Positions 1 to 11,779 of a stretch of DNA of 64,000 bases are shown here, in pieces. The notes beneath the pieces were generated by a model. It was given only the letters and a program-made list of their open reading frames with translations. It ran no database searches and was not told the DNA's origin. This stretch comes from Eledone cirrhosa (lineage: Eukaryota), in contig OZ024740.1 in NCBI GenBank assembly GCA_964016885.1, forward strand, positions 164,920,001-164,984,000. Reading direction: 5' to 3'. Numbering within the stretch: the stretch's first letter is position 1; each line of letters starts with the position of its first letter. The position numbers and the translations under genes are program-made.

Positions 1-63
1 GCTAGTTGAATATTTGAACTCATTCTGTAAGGACGAATAGCTGCACATTATTACACTTTCCTT

Positions 64-256
64 TGGCGTTGGATTGGCAGTATCGGTAGAGGGTCGGACG
101 TCATGCGTTGACGCATAGAGTTATGGCCCTTGCCATTCTGAGTTCAAATCCCGCCGAGGTTAACTTTGCCTTTCATCCTTACGGGGTCGATAAAATAAAG
201 TACCAGTAATGTACTGGGTAATTGTTTGCCTTGTGCCTAAACTAGAAACAATTATT
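64..256 (+). mobile_element. tRNA-derived SINE with a MetaSINE-like central domain and a 17-bp TSD
   Basis: A-box-like TGGCAGTATCGG, B box GAGTTCAAATCC, central GCCTTTCATCCTTACGGGGTCGATAAAATAAGTACC. ATTATTACACTTTCCTT is repeated at 47-63 and 251-267 (partly overlapping the ATT tail). Related copies at 14470, 29875 and 60281. Confidence 0.85.
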
Positions 257-594
257 ACACTTTCCTTGTTGACAATCCAATAATATCCACTTTCCGTGAC
301 TTACCATCTGATTAATTGGTGAATTATATTTCTTTAATGGGATATATACAAGGAAGGTTAATCACTCTTAAAGGTAAATATTACCTATACTAGCTATGCG
401 TGGTTACACGCGAGCAAAAATTATCTCCTGTGATTATTCTAGTATATTTATATGTTAATCAATTTCTAGTTATAATATGCTCGGATTTATTCTTTGAGCT
501 TAATTTCCAGGATATATGGCGCATGCATTATGACATGACACCCATAATTTAGATTTAGATTAAATTCATTTAATTTATTTTATCTTAAATTTGG

Positions 595-656
<62 letters not shown>

Positions 657-782
657 GTTGTTTATTACATAACTATTAAGCTCTGTAACCTACATAGAGC
701 ACTCTTTTTTCCTGGACCTTTCCGACGGAATTACTTCATTCACACAATATATACGTATATATATATATATATATATATTTAA

Positions 783-1196
783 AAAAATAGAGGTGTAACA
801 CACGAGTTGTGATATATTAGTAAAAGGAAAAGAAAATGCTGACAACTTTTTCCCAGTGAAAAATAGTTTAATTAGGAATAAGTATAATTTAGTAATAAGT
901 ATTGGTTAGTATTCAGTTTTAGTTTTAAGTTCTTACCGGTTGCACATTTCTAATGCTTTTCAAAAATAATTTTGTGATAGAACGCTCGTGATGTTTGCTC
1001 TGATTAGAGCAAACATCACGAGCGCTCTATCACAAAATTATTTTTGAAAAGCATTAGAAATGTGCAACCGGTAAGAACTTAAAACTAAAACTGAATACTA
1101 ACCAATACTTATTACTAAATTATACTTATTCCTAATTAAACTATTTTTCACCGGGAAAAAGTTGTCGGCATTTTCATTTCCTTTTACTAATATATA
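783..1196. repeat. Fold-back palindrome, family A (PLE pseudo-LTR-like)
   Basis: Arms ~811-1001 and ~1005-1195 are near-perfect reverse complements centred on GCTCTGATTAGAGC, and the unit is flanked by (TA)n. Same family at 30438-31062 and 34340-34545. Confidence 0.9.
1040..1077 (+). ncRNA. Variant minimal hammerhead motif (UUGAAAA...GCAA core), family A
   Basis: UUGAAAA-GCAU-UAGAA-AUGU-GCAA-CCGG-UA, with palindromic stem III ACCGGU. Other copies have the fully paired stem II GCAU/AUGC. Confidence 0.5.
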
Positions 1197-1200
1197 TATA

Positions 1201-1946
1201 TTTCGTTTCTGAATTTGTTTAGCAAGATTCTTTATCTGAAAACGTGTGTTGAAACCGATATTGTTATACTTTGGGAGGGTCATGTTGACAATAAGAAACA
1301 CATGCACCAGTAACTTTCACTTCAATTTATTATAAATTTAGGAATTTATAAATTTCCGGTTGGTTGGTTGGTTCCACAACCAGACGATTGTTCATATATT
1401 GTCAAAGTTCTTTCGTCACACATTCTGTGACCTCTTCAATGACTGGGGATTCTTTTCTTTGTTTTTGTGCCTCTCCTTTGTTCTGTCCTACCCCATCTTG
1501 TTTTTGTGTATTTTGTGTGCTTAGTTTGCGCATGTGTTACATCCGGGTGTATGTGTGTGTTTATATTTGTTTATTTATTTGTTTATTTACATGTTACTGG
1601 TTGGTTGTTTGTTCTATGTGTGTGTGTGTGTGTTTTCATTTTGTCCTTAATTGTAAGTTGTGATGTTGCTATTCTATTCAACTAAGCACACAACACACAC
1701 AAAACAAGATGGCGTAGGACAGAGGACAGAACAAAGGAGAGGCACAAAAACAAAGAAAAGAATCCCCAGTCACTGAAGAGGTCACAGAATGTGTGACGAA
1801 AGAACTTTGACAATATATGAACAATCGTCTGGTTGTGGAACCAACCAACCAACCGGAAATTTATAAATTCCTAAATTTATAATAAATTGAAGTGAAAGCA
1901 ACTGGTGCATGTGTTTCTTATTGGCAACATGACGCTCCCAAAGTAT

Positions 1947-1954
<8 letters not shown>
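1201..1954. mobile_element. Fold-back PLE pseudo-LTR, family B
   Basis: Arms ~1258-1526 and ~1680-1954 are inverted. The same sequence lies directly downstream of a GIY-YIG-type coding remnant at 36717-37830. Confidence 0.85.
1769..1811 (+). ncRNA. Minimal type I hammerhead motif, family B
   Basis: Stem I GUCA/UGAC, CUGAAGA, extra G, stem II GUCACA/UGUGAC, GAAA-GAAC-UU cleavage site. The antisense copy at ~1401-1443 has C3 mutated. Confidence 0.65.
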
Positions 1955-2006
<52 letters not shown>

Positions 2007-2346
2007 TCAAGAAGCGAGAATTGTATCGATGAAACCCAAGCCTCCTTGCGATTTGTTTCGCGTCGTTCAAAACAAACTCAGAAGATATGCCAGTGGCTTG
2101 ACGCTAGGTGTTGCTAGCTATACTTTATATCATATTCCACTCTCAGATGTTTGTTTGCGCCAGAATTTTCCACATCAGTGGATCAGTAATAATACACCAG
2201 TCTATAATCCTATTTACATCCATATGTACCAGATTTACTGGAACTTTAGCATGCCCATTAAACATGCATTTGCAGAGAATTATTTATTTTACCTAAACAT
2301 ATCTGTTGGCATATGCGCACGCACACTCGCACACACAAGCACACAC

Positions 2347-2465
<119 letters not shown>

Positions 2466-2555
2466 TATATATATATATATATATATTTATTAAAATAACA
2501 GATTAAAGTTTAAACAAAGAATCGCTGCTTTCAGCCTTAACGGGATATATATATA

Positions 2556-2643
<88 letters not shown>

Positions 2644-2647
2644 ATAA

Positions 2648-3531
2648 ACGGAAAAATTGAAATGAAATTTCATTTCCCAGTCTTAGTACGGCTGTTACTT
2701 AAATATAAGCATGTACACGTACATACATACATGTATAGAGACGTACAGTAGTATGTATATATATATATACATACATGCACACATATATATATGTACGTAT
2801 GGATTCACCGAACATTTATTATAATGCTCGATGTGTTTGTAAACAAACATCCCGTAGTGTCTAGCAACCATCGTTGCTCGTTTGCACAACACTGACAAAG
2901 GAACGCTGTACTAGTTTCAAGCATATTAGCTATCGTCAGCAACGTATATACTTACCTTATGCATATTAACGGCTGAGTAGCCCAATTTACATATCGAGTG
3001 CGTTAATCGGCCGGGTGCACCGAAAACGATAAACGGATAAAATGAAACGAAATTTCATTTCCCACTCTTAGTACGGCTGTTACTTAAATATAAGAATGTA
3101 CACGTACATACATACATGTATACAGACGTACAGTAGTATGTATATATATATACATACATGCACACATATATATATATATATATGTACGTATGGATTCACC
3201 GAACATTTATTATAATGCTCAATGTGTTTGTAAACAAACATCCCGTATTAAGCCGTAATGTCTAGCAAATTATACGTTGCTGATGATAGCTAATAAGCTT
3301 GAAACTAGTACAGCGTTCCTTTGTCAGTGTTGAGCAAACGAGCAACGATGATTGCTAGACACTACGGCTTTATACCGGATGTTTGTCTACAAACACATCG
3401 AGCATTATAATAAATGTTCGGTGAATCCATACGTACATATATATATATATGTGTGCATGTATGTATATATATACATACTACTGTACGTCTGTATACATGT
3501 ATGTATGTACGTGTACATGCTTATATATATA
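2648..3531. mobile_element. Non-coding hammerhead-bearing element, family C (about 1.6 tandem units plus an inverted segment)
   Basis: GAAATTTCATTTCCC recurs at 2664 and 3049 (385-bp period). Segment 3272-3531 is inverted relative to the rest. (TA)n flanks. Hammerheads at 2904-2944(-) and 3275-3315(+). Confidence 0.85.
3275..3315 (+). ncRNA. Minimal type I hammerhead ribozyme motif, family C
   Basis: Stem I CGUUG/CAGCG, CUGAUGA, stem II AGCU/AGCU (closing U-U in this copy), GAAA, palindromic stem III ACUAGU, GUA cleavage triplet. Confidence 0.75.
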
Positions 3532-3569
3532 CACGTGTGTGTATGATTGTGTATAGAAGATTATATTAA

Positions 3570-4175
3570 TAAAAGGAATTCCAACTTTGTCTGATTTACC
3601 CGTTTTATTTACAATCCTTTAAAATGGTATTAGAATGAAAGAGTATGGTAGAATATTAAATGTTAATTGTTATTTGAAAAAGTACTTTCATGCTTTCGCA
3701 ATCTTCAGGTTCATATTCTGTGGTGACAGTAAGTTTGCAATTTTCAACTGTAATGAGATGGGTAAAATTTGTGTTTTATATAGAGTGAAAAGTGGCTAGA
3801 GAATGCTAAATTTTGCAAACTGTATTTCGACCAATCGGTGTGTAGTTTCACTGGATTACTAAAGCTGATTGATTTAGGCGTGACGGTTGGTTGAGCATGT
3901 CTAACGACTTCTATTTGACCCTATCCAAAGCATCAATTGTTTTGCTATTTTTAGAAATGATGAACATAGCATTTTCTAGTAATCATCACCATCAACATCA
4001 CTTTTATTATTTATTATTGTTCATTTAGCTTGGGTTGGAATTTATCAATAAAATTCTTTTCTTTGATTTTTCTCTTCATTTCACTTGGGCTACGTAATTT
4101 GTAGAATGGAAATATTATAAATATTTTCTGACCACATGTTGCTAGATGGTTACTTAGGGGTATCTATAAATTACA
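3570..4175 (-). mobile_element. PLE 3' fragment with a decayed hammerhead
   Basis: Minus strand reads KEFIDKFQPKLNE, which resembles the C-terminus of PLE GIY-YIG proteins. Downstream at 3675-3712(-) is CUGAAGA-UUGC-GAAA-GCAU-GAAA-GUAC-UU. Confidence 0.55.
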
Positions 4176-4289
4176 CAGCCCAAGTGAAATCAAGAGAAAA
4201 ATCAATTCAATTATTTTTTAATTATTTTATTATAACTAGATAGTTTTTATATAGATTATGTATATATATATTATATGTATATATAATAT

Positions 4290-4419
<130 letters not shown>

Positions 4420-4742
4420 AGAATGTATATATATATAGAGAGAGAGAGTTGACATTTTTTATGACAGGATAGTGAGTTGCATAATATATACATAATATAT
4501 ACTGGAGTAATTGGTGTTATATACACAGTTGTCTGCTATTTAGTTGGTGTTGTATATTGAGAGTATGTTAGAGTGTCTATATTATTTAATTATTTTAATT
4601 GTATAATGTAAGAGATCAAACAAGGGGTTTATTGACAGTATATAGGTCAGTGTGGTCTTTTAATTAAGGTGTAATTCTATATTTATGAAGATCTAATTGG
4701 ATAAATTAAAAGGAGGTGGTCTAGTGTTATCTCCGACATTCG

Positions 4743-4777
<35 letters not shown>

Positions 4778-4778
4778 G

Positions 4779-5665
4779 TTTTTTCTGTCTCAGTCATTGA
4801 TGTTAGTTAACTGGAAAGTTTGTTGAAATGAATATCAAGCCACTACCTGCAGCCTCAGATATTCAGGACGTGTCGGAGGGTTCTTGCTATTCGCAGCAAG
4901 CATGCCTTTTGAAGTGTTCCAAAAAGCTGGGCTGGGCCAATTTTCTTTAACCATGCCTGGAAACATTTTGTGATAGTATCTAGTGCGCCTATGACAATCG
5001 GGACCACTTTAACTTCATGGCAGTTCCAAATCCTTTTTACCTCCCACTTTAAGTCCTGGTATCGGTTAATTTTCTCCCTCTCCTTCTCTTGCACTCTCGT
5101 GTCGAATGGGCAGGCCACATCCACAATCAGGCACGATCTTTCTTCCTTGTCCAAAACCACCAGGTCAGGTCTATTGTGTTCCAGTTTATAGCCCGTCTGT
5201 ATCCTAAAATCCCACAGCACCTTCACCCGATCGTTTTCTATCACCGACTCTGACTTATGCTCATACCACTTCTCAGAATGTGGTAAATTGTTTACTTTGC
5301 ATAGGTGCCAGTGGATCACCCTGCCCATCACATCATGTCTCCAGCCCTTATATTGAGTCTGGGCTAGGTGTTTACACTCGGATAAAATGTGAGCCACAGT
5401 CTCCTCTCTCTCTCCACATATCCTGCACAGTGGACTAGCCTCCTCCTTGTAAATATGGTGTTTCAGCCACATCGTTTGAGGGCCTGCTCTTGCGCAACCA
5501 TTAGCATTCCTTCTGTAGCCTTTTTAATGTCTCCTCTTTTCAACCAGTTCCATGTCTGTGGATCTCTGAATTCAGTTTTCTCAAAGAAGGTACTATGAAT
5601 GGACTATGAAGGGATTTTTCATGAAGGCTGCTCTTTCTCCTTGTTGTTATTTCCTCCTTGGACAT
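4779..5665 (-). mobile_element. 5'-truncated R4/Dong-like non-LTR retrotransposon (CCHC + restriction-like endonuclease)
   Basis: ORF 4855-5472: CRICGEREETVAHILSEC zinc knuckle, RHD motif, RPDLVV...IVDVACPFD...EKINRYQDL PD-(D/E)xK domain. Ends in an (AAT)n tract at ~4748-4778. Confidence 0.9.
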
Positions 5666-5910
5666 TATTATGATTATTATTATTATTATTATTGAATGCT
5701 ATGGTTGACGGAGGCTCGGCTCTGTAAGGTATTGTAAATTTTGAACGCTATAACAATTGTAAATTGTTTAAAACTTTAACGAACTTGTAGACAAAAACAC
5801 CCTCCTCCTCGTGAGAAGGGTCTTTCTGCCCGTTATTTGGCCCTTCGGGGTTAAATAACTGCTTATTGGGGTTTTGTGCCCAATATTTATTTTAAACAAA
5901 AAAAAACAAC

Positions 5911-7656
5911 ATGGCTACGAAAAAGAATTTTCATAGGTCACTCCCACTCATTCCGTCTTCTTCTTCCTCAATCGTCACTACAGCAGAGAGAAGATTGTCT
6001 CTCTCCCTCCCTTCTTTAAATGTGTCTCTCTCCCTCCATTCTCTTTCGCAAGCGACGACAGAAAAGAAAAGTCTCGTGCAAAGCGTGCAAGATCTCTCCA
6101 CGACGACGACGACAACGACGAAACAGGTGTGCGGGAAATACGAAAACCCATTTCATTCGTCTGACGTCAGGAATAATAGCAGTAGCAGCCGTAATAACAA
6201 CAGCAACAGTGACAATGAAAACAACAGTAGCATCCGTAACAGCATCAGCAGCAGCATAAACAACAACAGCATTAGCAGCAGCAACAACAACAACAACGAC
6301 AGCAACAGCGGCGGCGGCAGTAGTCGTAGTACCTGCAGCAACAACAAAAGTAACAGCAGCTTTGACGACAACAACAACAACAACAACAGCAGCAAAGAAA
6401 AACCAATCTCAGTTGCAGGTATCGCGAAGAACCTGGAAACAATCCTCATAACAAATGAAGAATTAGAGGAAGCGAAGAAGATGGAGACAAAAACAGGACA
6501 CCGAGCAATCTGCAAGGCAGTGGAAAAATGTTTCGAAACCCAACAGCACTGTACGGTCACGTACCGTACAGTAAGTACAAAATCCCGTAGGGTGGAAAGA
6601 GCCACAGAGGCTCAAATACAAAAAGCCTTGGGGTCTGTGTGGCAGCGGAAAACACACATCACCCGAGGCAAGAAATATGCCACCGTAGACGTAATTTTTG
6701 CCACACCTCAGGAGGCAAAGGCTCAATCCTTAGTGACCCTAAGGGGCGAGGAAATGGTGTTGGTGCCCTCTTACTGCGGGCAAAAAATTGTGAGGGTCAA
6801 ACTGACCCACGCCCCCCCCCCCCCGGGATGGCCCCTTCTTGGTTGGCCGCGTCTCTCCTCGTCGGAATCGAGGACAAAACAACTGTACTGCAAGTTCAGA
6901 AAAAAGTAAGTGAAGATTGGGTCGGCATCTCCATTGAGATGTTAATCCAAACCAACCAGGAGTGCATCGAAGCTATCTCAGATGTGATAAACTTCGATAA
7001 CGGCACTCAACTGCCCATAAGTGTTGAGGGCAAACGCCCGAAATGCTTTCGCTGTGGATCGAAGACTCACCTCAGGGCCTTCTGCAACGAGAAGACCCTG
7101 AGAAAGGAGAAAAAACCCCCTCCTTCCGAAACCGGCTCCACGGCAATCAGCAACAGGACAAGCGGCAACCAGGAACGATAGGTCCGTGGCACCCATACCC
7201 ACGCCACGGAAATCAAAAACAGCAGCAGCAGTGGAAGTATTAACAACAACAACAACAGCAACACCAAATGCAGCTGCAACAGAAACTCCAGTGCAAACAT
7301 CACCAACAACAACAAGTGAAAGAGTGGAGCTGGTACCCCTCCCCGACCTCACAGAATCAGACATGGAGTCTGAGGTGGGAGAGGGGTGGCAAAAGGTCGT
7401 AAGAAGGCACAAACGTAGAAGCACCGCATCGTCGCCTTTGAAAAGCGAGGAAATAAATGAAAAAAGGGTAAAGTCTACTGCAAAGAGACTCACAGCAGCA
7501 ACACCATCAACCTCCATCACCACCCACACTAGCACCACCATCACCACCGGCGACAACCCCACCGCCAACAACACCTTCAACACCATCACGACAAGCACCA
7601 ACATCGAAAACGCAACAACAAAACACACACACCCAGCAACAACGACAAGAAAATAG
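5911..7656 (+). pseudogene. Tx1 ORF1 (gag-like nucleic-acid-binding protein), frameshifted
   Basis: ORFs 5911-6909, 6639-7181 and 7186-7656 join through a frameshift at the C13 run (6812-6824) and a second one near 7110-7180. Contains CFRCGSKTHLRAFC (CX2CX4HX4C) and GEGWQKVVRR. Confidence 0.8.
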
Positions 7657-8063
7657 CAGAACCACACTCCACCCCCAGAAAAACAAATGCACGGCAATAA
7701 ATACACACAACAAGAAACTAATGACTTACATAATTGAACACACAGACATTTCACAACACGACTACATAATACCAGCATGAATCAAAACGCCAACTAACAT
7801 AAAACTGCTAAAAATAGCACAGAAACAATACACAAACACTAAAACGAAATTCCCCAACGCAGTTGGTGATTTCAGGGACCTAGGAGGAACTATCAACCGA
7901 AGAGTATATTCGGACATACTCATAGAAGAGCCGACGACCAGCCGAAGGGACGATTCAACGTCCCTTCACCAGACGATCAAGTGAAAAGGGATGTAAAAAC
8001 CATCCCTCCTCTACGAAAAGTACGGTAAGTGGTCTTTCCCATCTTTTCCACTCTATTTTAAAC

Positions 8064-11000
8064 ATGACCTCACTCAGAATAGGCAGCATAAATGCGCGTG
8101 GCTTGGGGTCGTCATGGAAGCAGGGTCACCTGCTCAACGACCTCAGGTCACTAAACATAGATGTAGTGGCCATCAGCGAGACCAGTATCTCCGAAGCACG
8201 GGCCTTCGCACCGATCTTCGGCGGCTACGATGTGTACGCATCTCCCAGCCGTCCTGGATCGGGGGGAGGAGTTGCTGTGCTTTTTCGGAGAGGTTTGGAT
8301 CTCGCCATACGGGCCATCTTCCTGGACCCAGAGGGTAAGTTGGTGGTGCTGGACGTGACCAGTGGAGACGGGCAAGCTTTCAGGCTAGTGGCCGTCTATG
8401 CCCCGACAGGAGCAGGGCGGCCTGATTTCTTCCGGCGTCTGGAGACCTTTCTTGGAACGTCCCGCTCTTTAGTGTTAGTGGGCGACTGGAACGGGATCTT
8501 AGATGCACGCTTGGACTGTGTGGGATTAGCGGATAAGGGTGGACGGTGCAAGAGCCTCACCAACCTGCTCAGGCGTTTTGAACTGTCTGACAGGTACCGA
8601 TTGGATTTCCCGAATGTGCCAATGTGGACTTGGACAAATCGCATAGGATCATCCAGATCATATCTAGATAGAGTATTTTGTAGGGAAATAGATAGGTATA
8701 GCATAGGCTGTCAACAATTCAAGATAGTCAGCTACACGGACCACAAATTCGTGATCTGTGTGCTTGACTTAGATAGACTTCATAGACGAGAACCCGGCTA
8801 CTGGAAGCTAAACGCGTCCTTACTAGCGCGCAAGGCCTACAGAGACCGGATTAGCGAACTAGTTAAGCGGACGTTGACGGGGGCCATCGTCAACAATAAG
8901 TGGTGGTTTGCTCTGAAAAGAGCGATTAGAATAGAATCGATTAGGTTTAGTAAGGCTTTAGCAATAGAGAAAAATAGAGCAGAGGGAGAATTAGTTAGAA
9001 AATTAGACGAGGCGCTTAGCAAAGGCATTGCGACCGACGTGCTTGCGGCAAAATTGGCCCTTGACCAATTCTTCAATGCAAAGCACGAAGGCTGCGTTGT
9101 CAGAGCAAGGGTGCGTGCTCTCAGACACGAGGGACGAAAGCTGTTCAATGGGCCCGAGTGGCGGAGGCGCATCGTGGCAACAAAGCCACGATCCGGTCTT
9201 TGGTGGACCACGACGGGCGCATGCTACTCGATCCCGGGAAAATGTGTGAAGCTTTTCAGCGATACTTCGCTCAGCTGTTCGGGTGCAGCGGTGGGCCAGG
9301 TCGAGGGATGGACTTTAGTGTCTACCTCGACGGACTGCCGCGGCTCTCGGCCACTGAGGCGAAGTGTTGCGAAAAGCCGATAACAGCCGCTGAAGTAAGG
9401 GAGGCAATGACTGGCTGCACAAGGGGTAAATCGCCTGGTTTGGATGGTCTGCCCTATGAACTTTACGTACAGATGCCAAACTTGTTCGGAGAACTCTTGG
9501 CGGACGTCTACTGCAACTGGCAACAGAACGGGAGAATACCCAGTTCTGTGAGCCGAGGAGCGGTGGCACTGCTGAGAAGGGATCCGAACAAGGGGGATAA
9601 CATAGATAATTTTCGGCCCATAACTCTGCTAAACACAGAGTTCAAGATTTTGGCCAAGGTGCTAGCAAAGAGGTTGGCGCTTGTCGTTGGTGGTCTGGTG
9701 GGAGAGGCGCAGACATGCGCCATTCCCGACAGATCCATCCACGACAATCTCCACCTCATGCGATACATCGTAGAGAGGGTAGCTAAGGAACCTGGCACGG
9801 GTGGGTCCTTGATCAATTTAGATCAGTCGAAAGCTTTCGATAGGGTCGACCATCGTTACCTAGCGGCAGTCCTGAGGGCGGCTGGCTTTGGGCCCGTCTT
9901 CAGAGGCTGGATCGCTGCCATGCACAGCAACAGCTGCTCTGTGGTGAGAGTTAACGGTCACCTGTCGGAACCGTTCAACATCATGCGCTCGGTCTGCCAA
10001 GGATGTCCCCTCTTGTCCCTCTTGTACGTATTGACTCTCGAGCCATTACTGCACAAACTGGAGACGTTGAGGGGCGTCCCGCGCGAGCTAGGATGCGGAA
10101 GATCCGTATCAGCATATGCGGACGATGTCACCGTAGTAGTGTCGAACGCCAAACACATCGAGGCGATAGGCACTACACTAAGAGAATACGAAGCGGTGAC
10201 AGGAGCAATGATCAACCAGGAAAAGTCAGTGGGCCTGCAGCTCGGCACCTGGAGAGGCAGGTCCATGCCGTCCAACAGCGTTGTCGGAAGCTGGACGCAC
10301 GGACCGGTTAAATTGCTAGGGGTCTGGTTCGGTTCGGACCTCCAGACGGACAAAAACTGGGACGAGGTGACGAGCAGGGTGGCTTCTCTCACCTAGAAAT
10401 GGGCGGAGAGGAAGCTATCCCTGAAAGGTCGAGCGGAGGTGGCTAACGCGTACATCGCGTCTGTCATCTGCTACCGCCTGACCGTCGTACCTTGTCCTAA
10501 GCCTCGCCTGACTGCGCTGGAGCGTTTGCTCTTTCGCTTTTTGTGGAAGGGACGCTCTCCGATGGTCAGGCGGTCCATCTGTTGTCAACACCCGCTACGT
10601 GGAGGGCTGGGCATGCCGTGGCTGATGATGCGCAGGCACGCGCTCAGGCTACGACATCTCCACCTCTTCCTCGACGGTGATCAGGTGTGGTCGCCGTTTG
10701 CTAGACACGTATTTCCCCAGCTCGTTTCCTTGACGGAGCTGCAGTCCTGGGTCAAGCGAAGACCGAGAGGGAGCGCCTGGAGACTGGAATGTCTTCAGGC
10801 GCTCACAGCCCTCGACCAATCGGGCAATGTGATCGGTGGAAACTCCACCTCGGCGTTCTATAGAGGATTTGTGGAGGGGAAGAGCGACGACGTACTTGGG
10901 GAAATTCTAGGCGTCGACGAAAATCAACTAGCCAATCTCTTCGGAAGAACTTTCGGGCCAGGGCCTATGGACAACTTCCAGAAATCTCTGGCCTGGAAAT

Positions 11001-11482
11001 GCTACCGAGGAGCCTTGCCAGTTCGGGATAAACTCTACAGGCATGGAGGTGCCGTCAGCCGGTCATGTCCGAGATGCGCACAGGGCGACGAAACCGTCCT
11101 GCACACACTCGTCCAGTGTCCGAAAATTGCTGACTTGTGAGTTTATGTCGAACACCTGCTGTCGCGTTTAGGACGGATCCGGCTATCATCTGAGTCCATC
11201 GTGAGGATTGCCCCGCCCTCCTCCTTTAGCCGGGAAGGGCAGGCAGTTTTTATCTGTCTGGTGGCCATGGCGAAAGAGATAGTATGGTGGACACGTTTGA
11301 AAGGGCTGAAGACGAGCACTTACCTCTTCGGTGATGCTCTGATTGACTTTTTCAAATTTCATTTGAAAAGGAAAATCAGAGTAGAGAGGGAAGTGCTCTC
11401 TTCCCAGCATTTTGTTGAAAGATGGGTGAGAGAAGCAAGAATGGCCCGAGTGAATGGGCCTACTTTGAGTATATATCTGTAA
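8064..11482 (+). pseudogene. Tx1 ORF2 (APE endonuclease + reverse transcriptase + Zn finger), disrupted
   Basis: APE motifs INARGL, ISET, VYAP, GDWN, YLDRV, TDH. RT motifs KSPGLDG, FRPITLLN, DQSKAFDRV, QGCPL, YADD. Zn finger CPRC...HTLVQC. Frameshift near 9135 and in-frame stops at ~10394 and ~11138. Confidence 0.93.
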
Positions 11483-11743
11483 ATTAAAGGTGGAAAACTG
11501 GGAGAGGGCACTTGCCTTGGTGGTCAGGGTCATTGTGGCTTTTTACTGGGCTTTCTCCACAAATGTCCCTCCGAAGTCTCCCCCCTATTGGGGAATTTTT
11601 CATTGTTATTTTTTGTTACATCCTCTGTTTTTGTTTTTTACACGCAGAAATGTCCATTTGTACCGTCCTGTATTGTCCTGCACTGTCCTTAATGTCTACT
11701 TTATGTAAACCCTTGTGGTTAATAAAGAAATCATTATTATTAA

Positions 11744-11779
<36 letters not shown>

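Larger units (their letters stand above)
5693..11732 (+). mobile_element. Near full-length Tx1/L1-group non-LTR retrotransposon
   Basis: ORF1 with CCHC knuckle; ORF2 with APE, RT and C-terminal Zn finger; 3' end AATAAAGAAATC; (ATT)n on both sides; clearly more GC-rich than its flanks. Confidence 0.93.

Noticed and set aside
1236-1270. CTGAAAACGTGTGTTGAAAC as a second family B hammerhead
   Set aside because: The core lacks G8 without compensation, and stems I and III cannot be formed convincingly.
6153-10392. Antisense ORFs over the Tx1 element (e.g. 6153-6605, 6978-7778, 9958-10392)
   Set aside because: Shadow frames of low-complexity or GC-richer coding sequence with no recognisable motifs.
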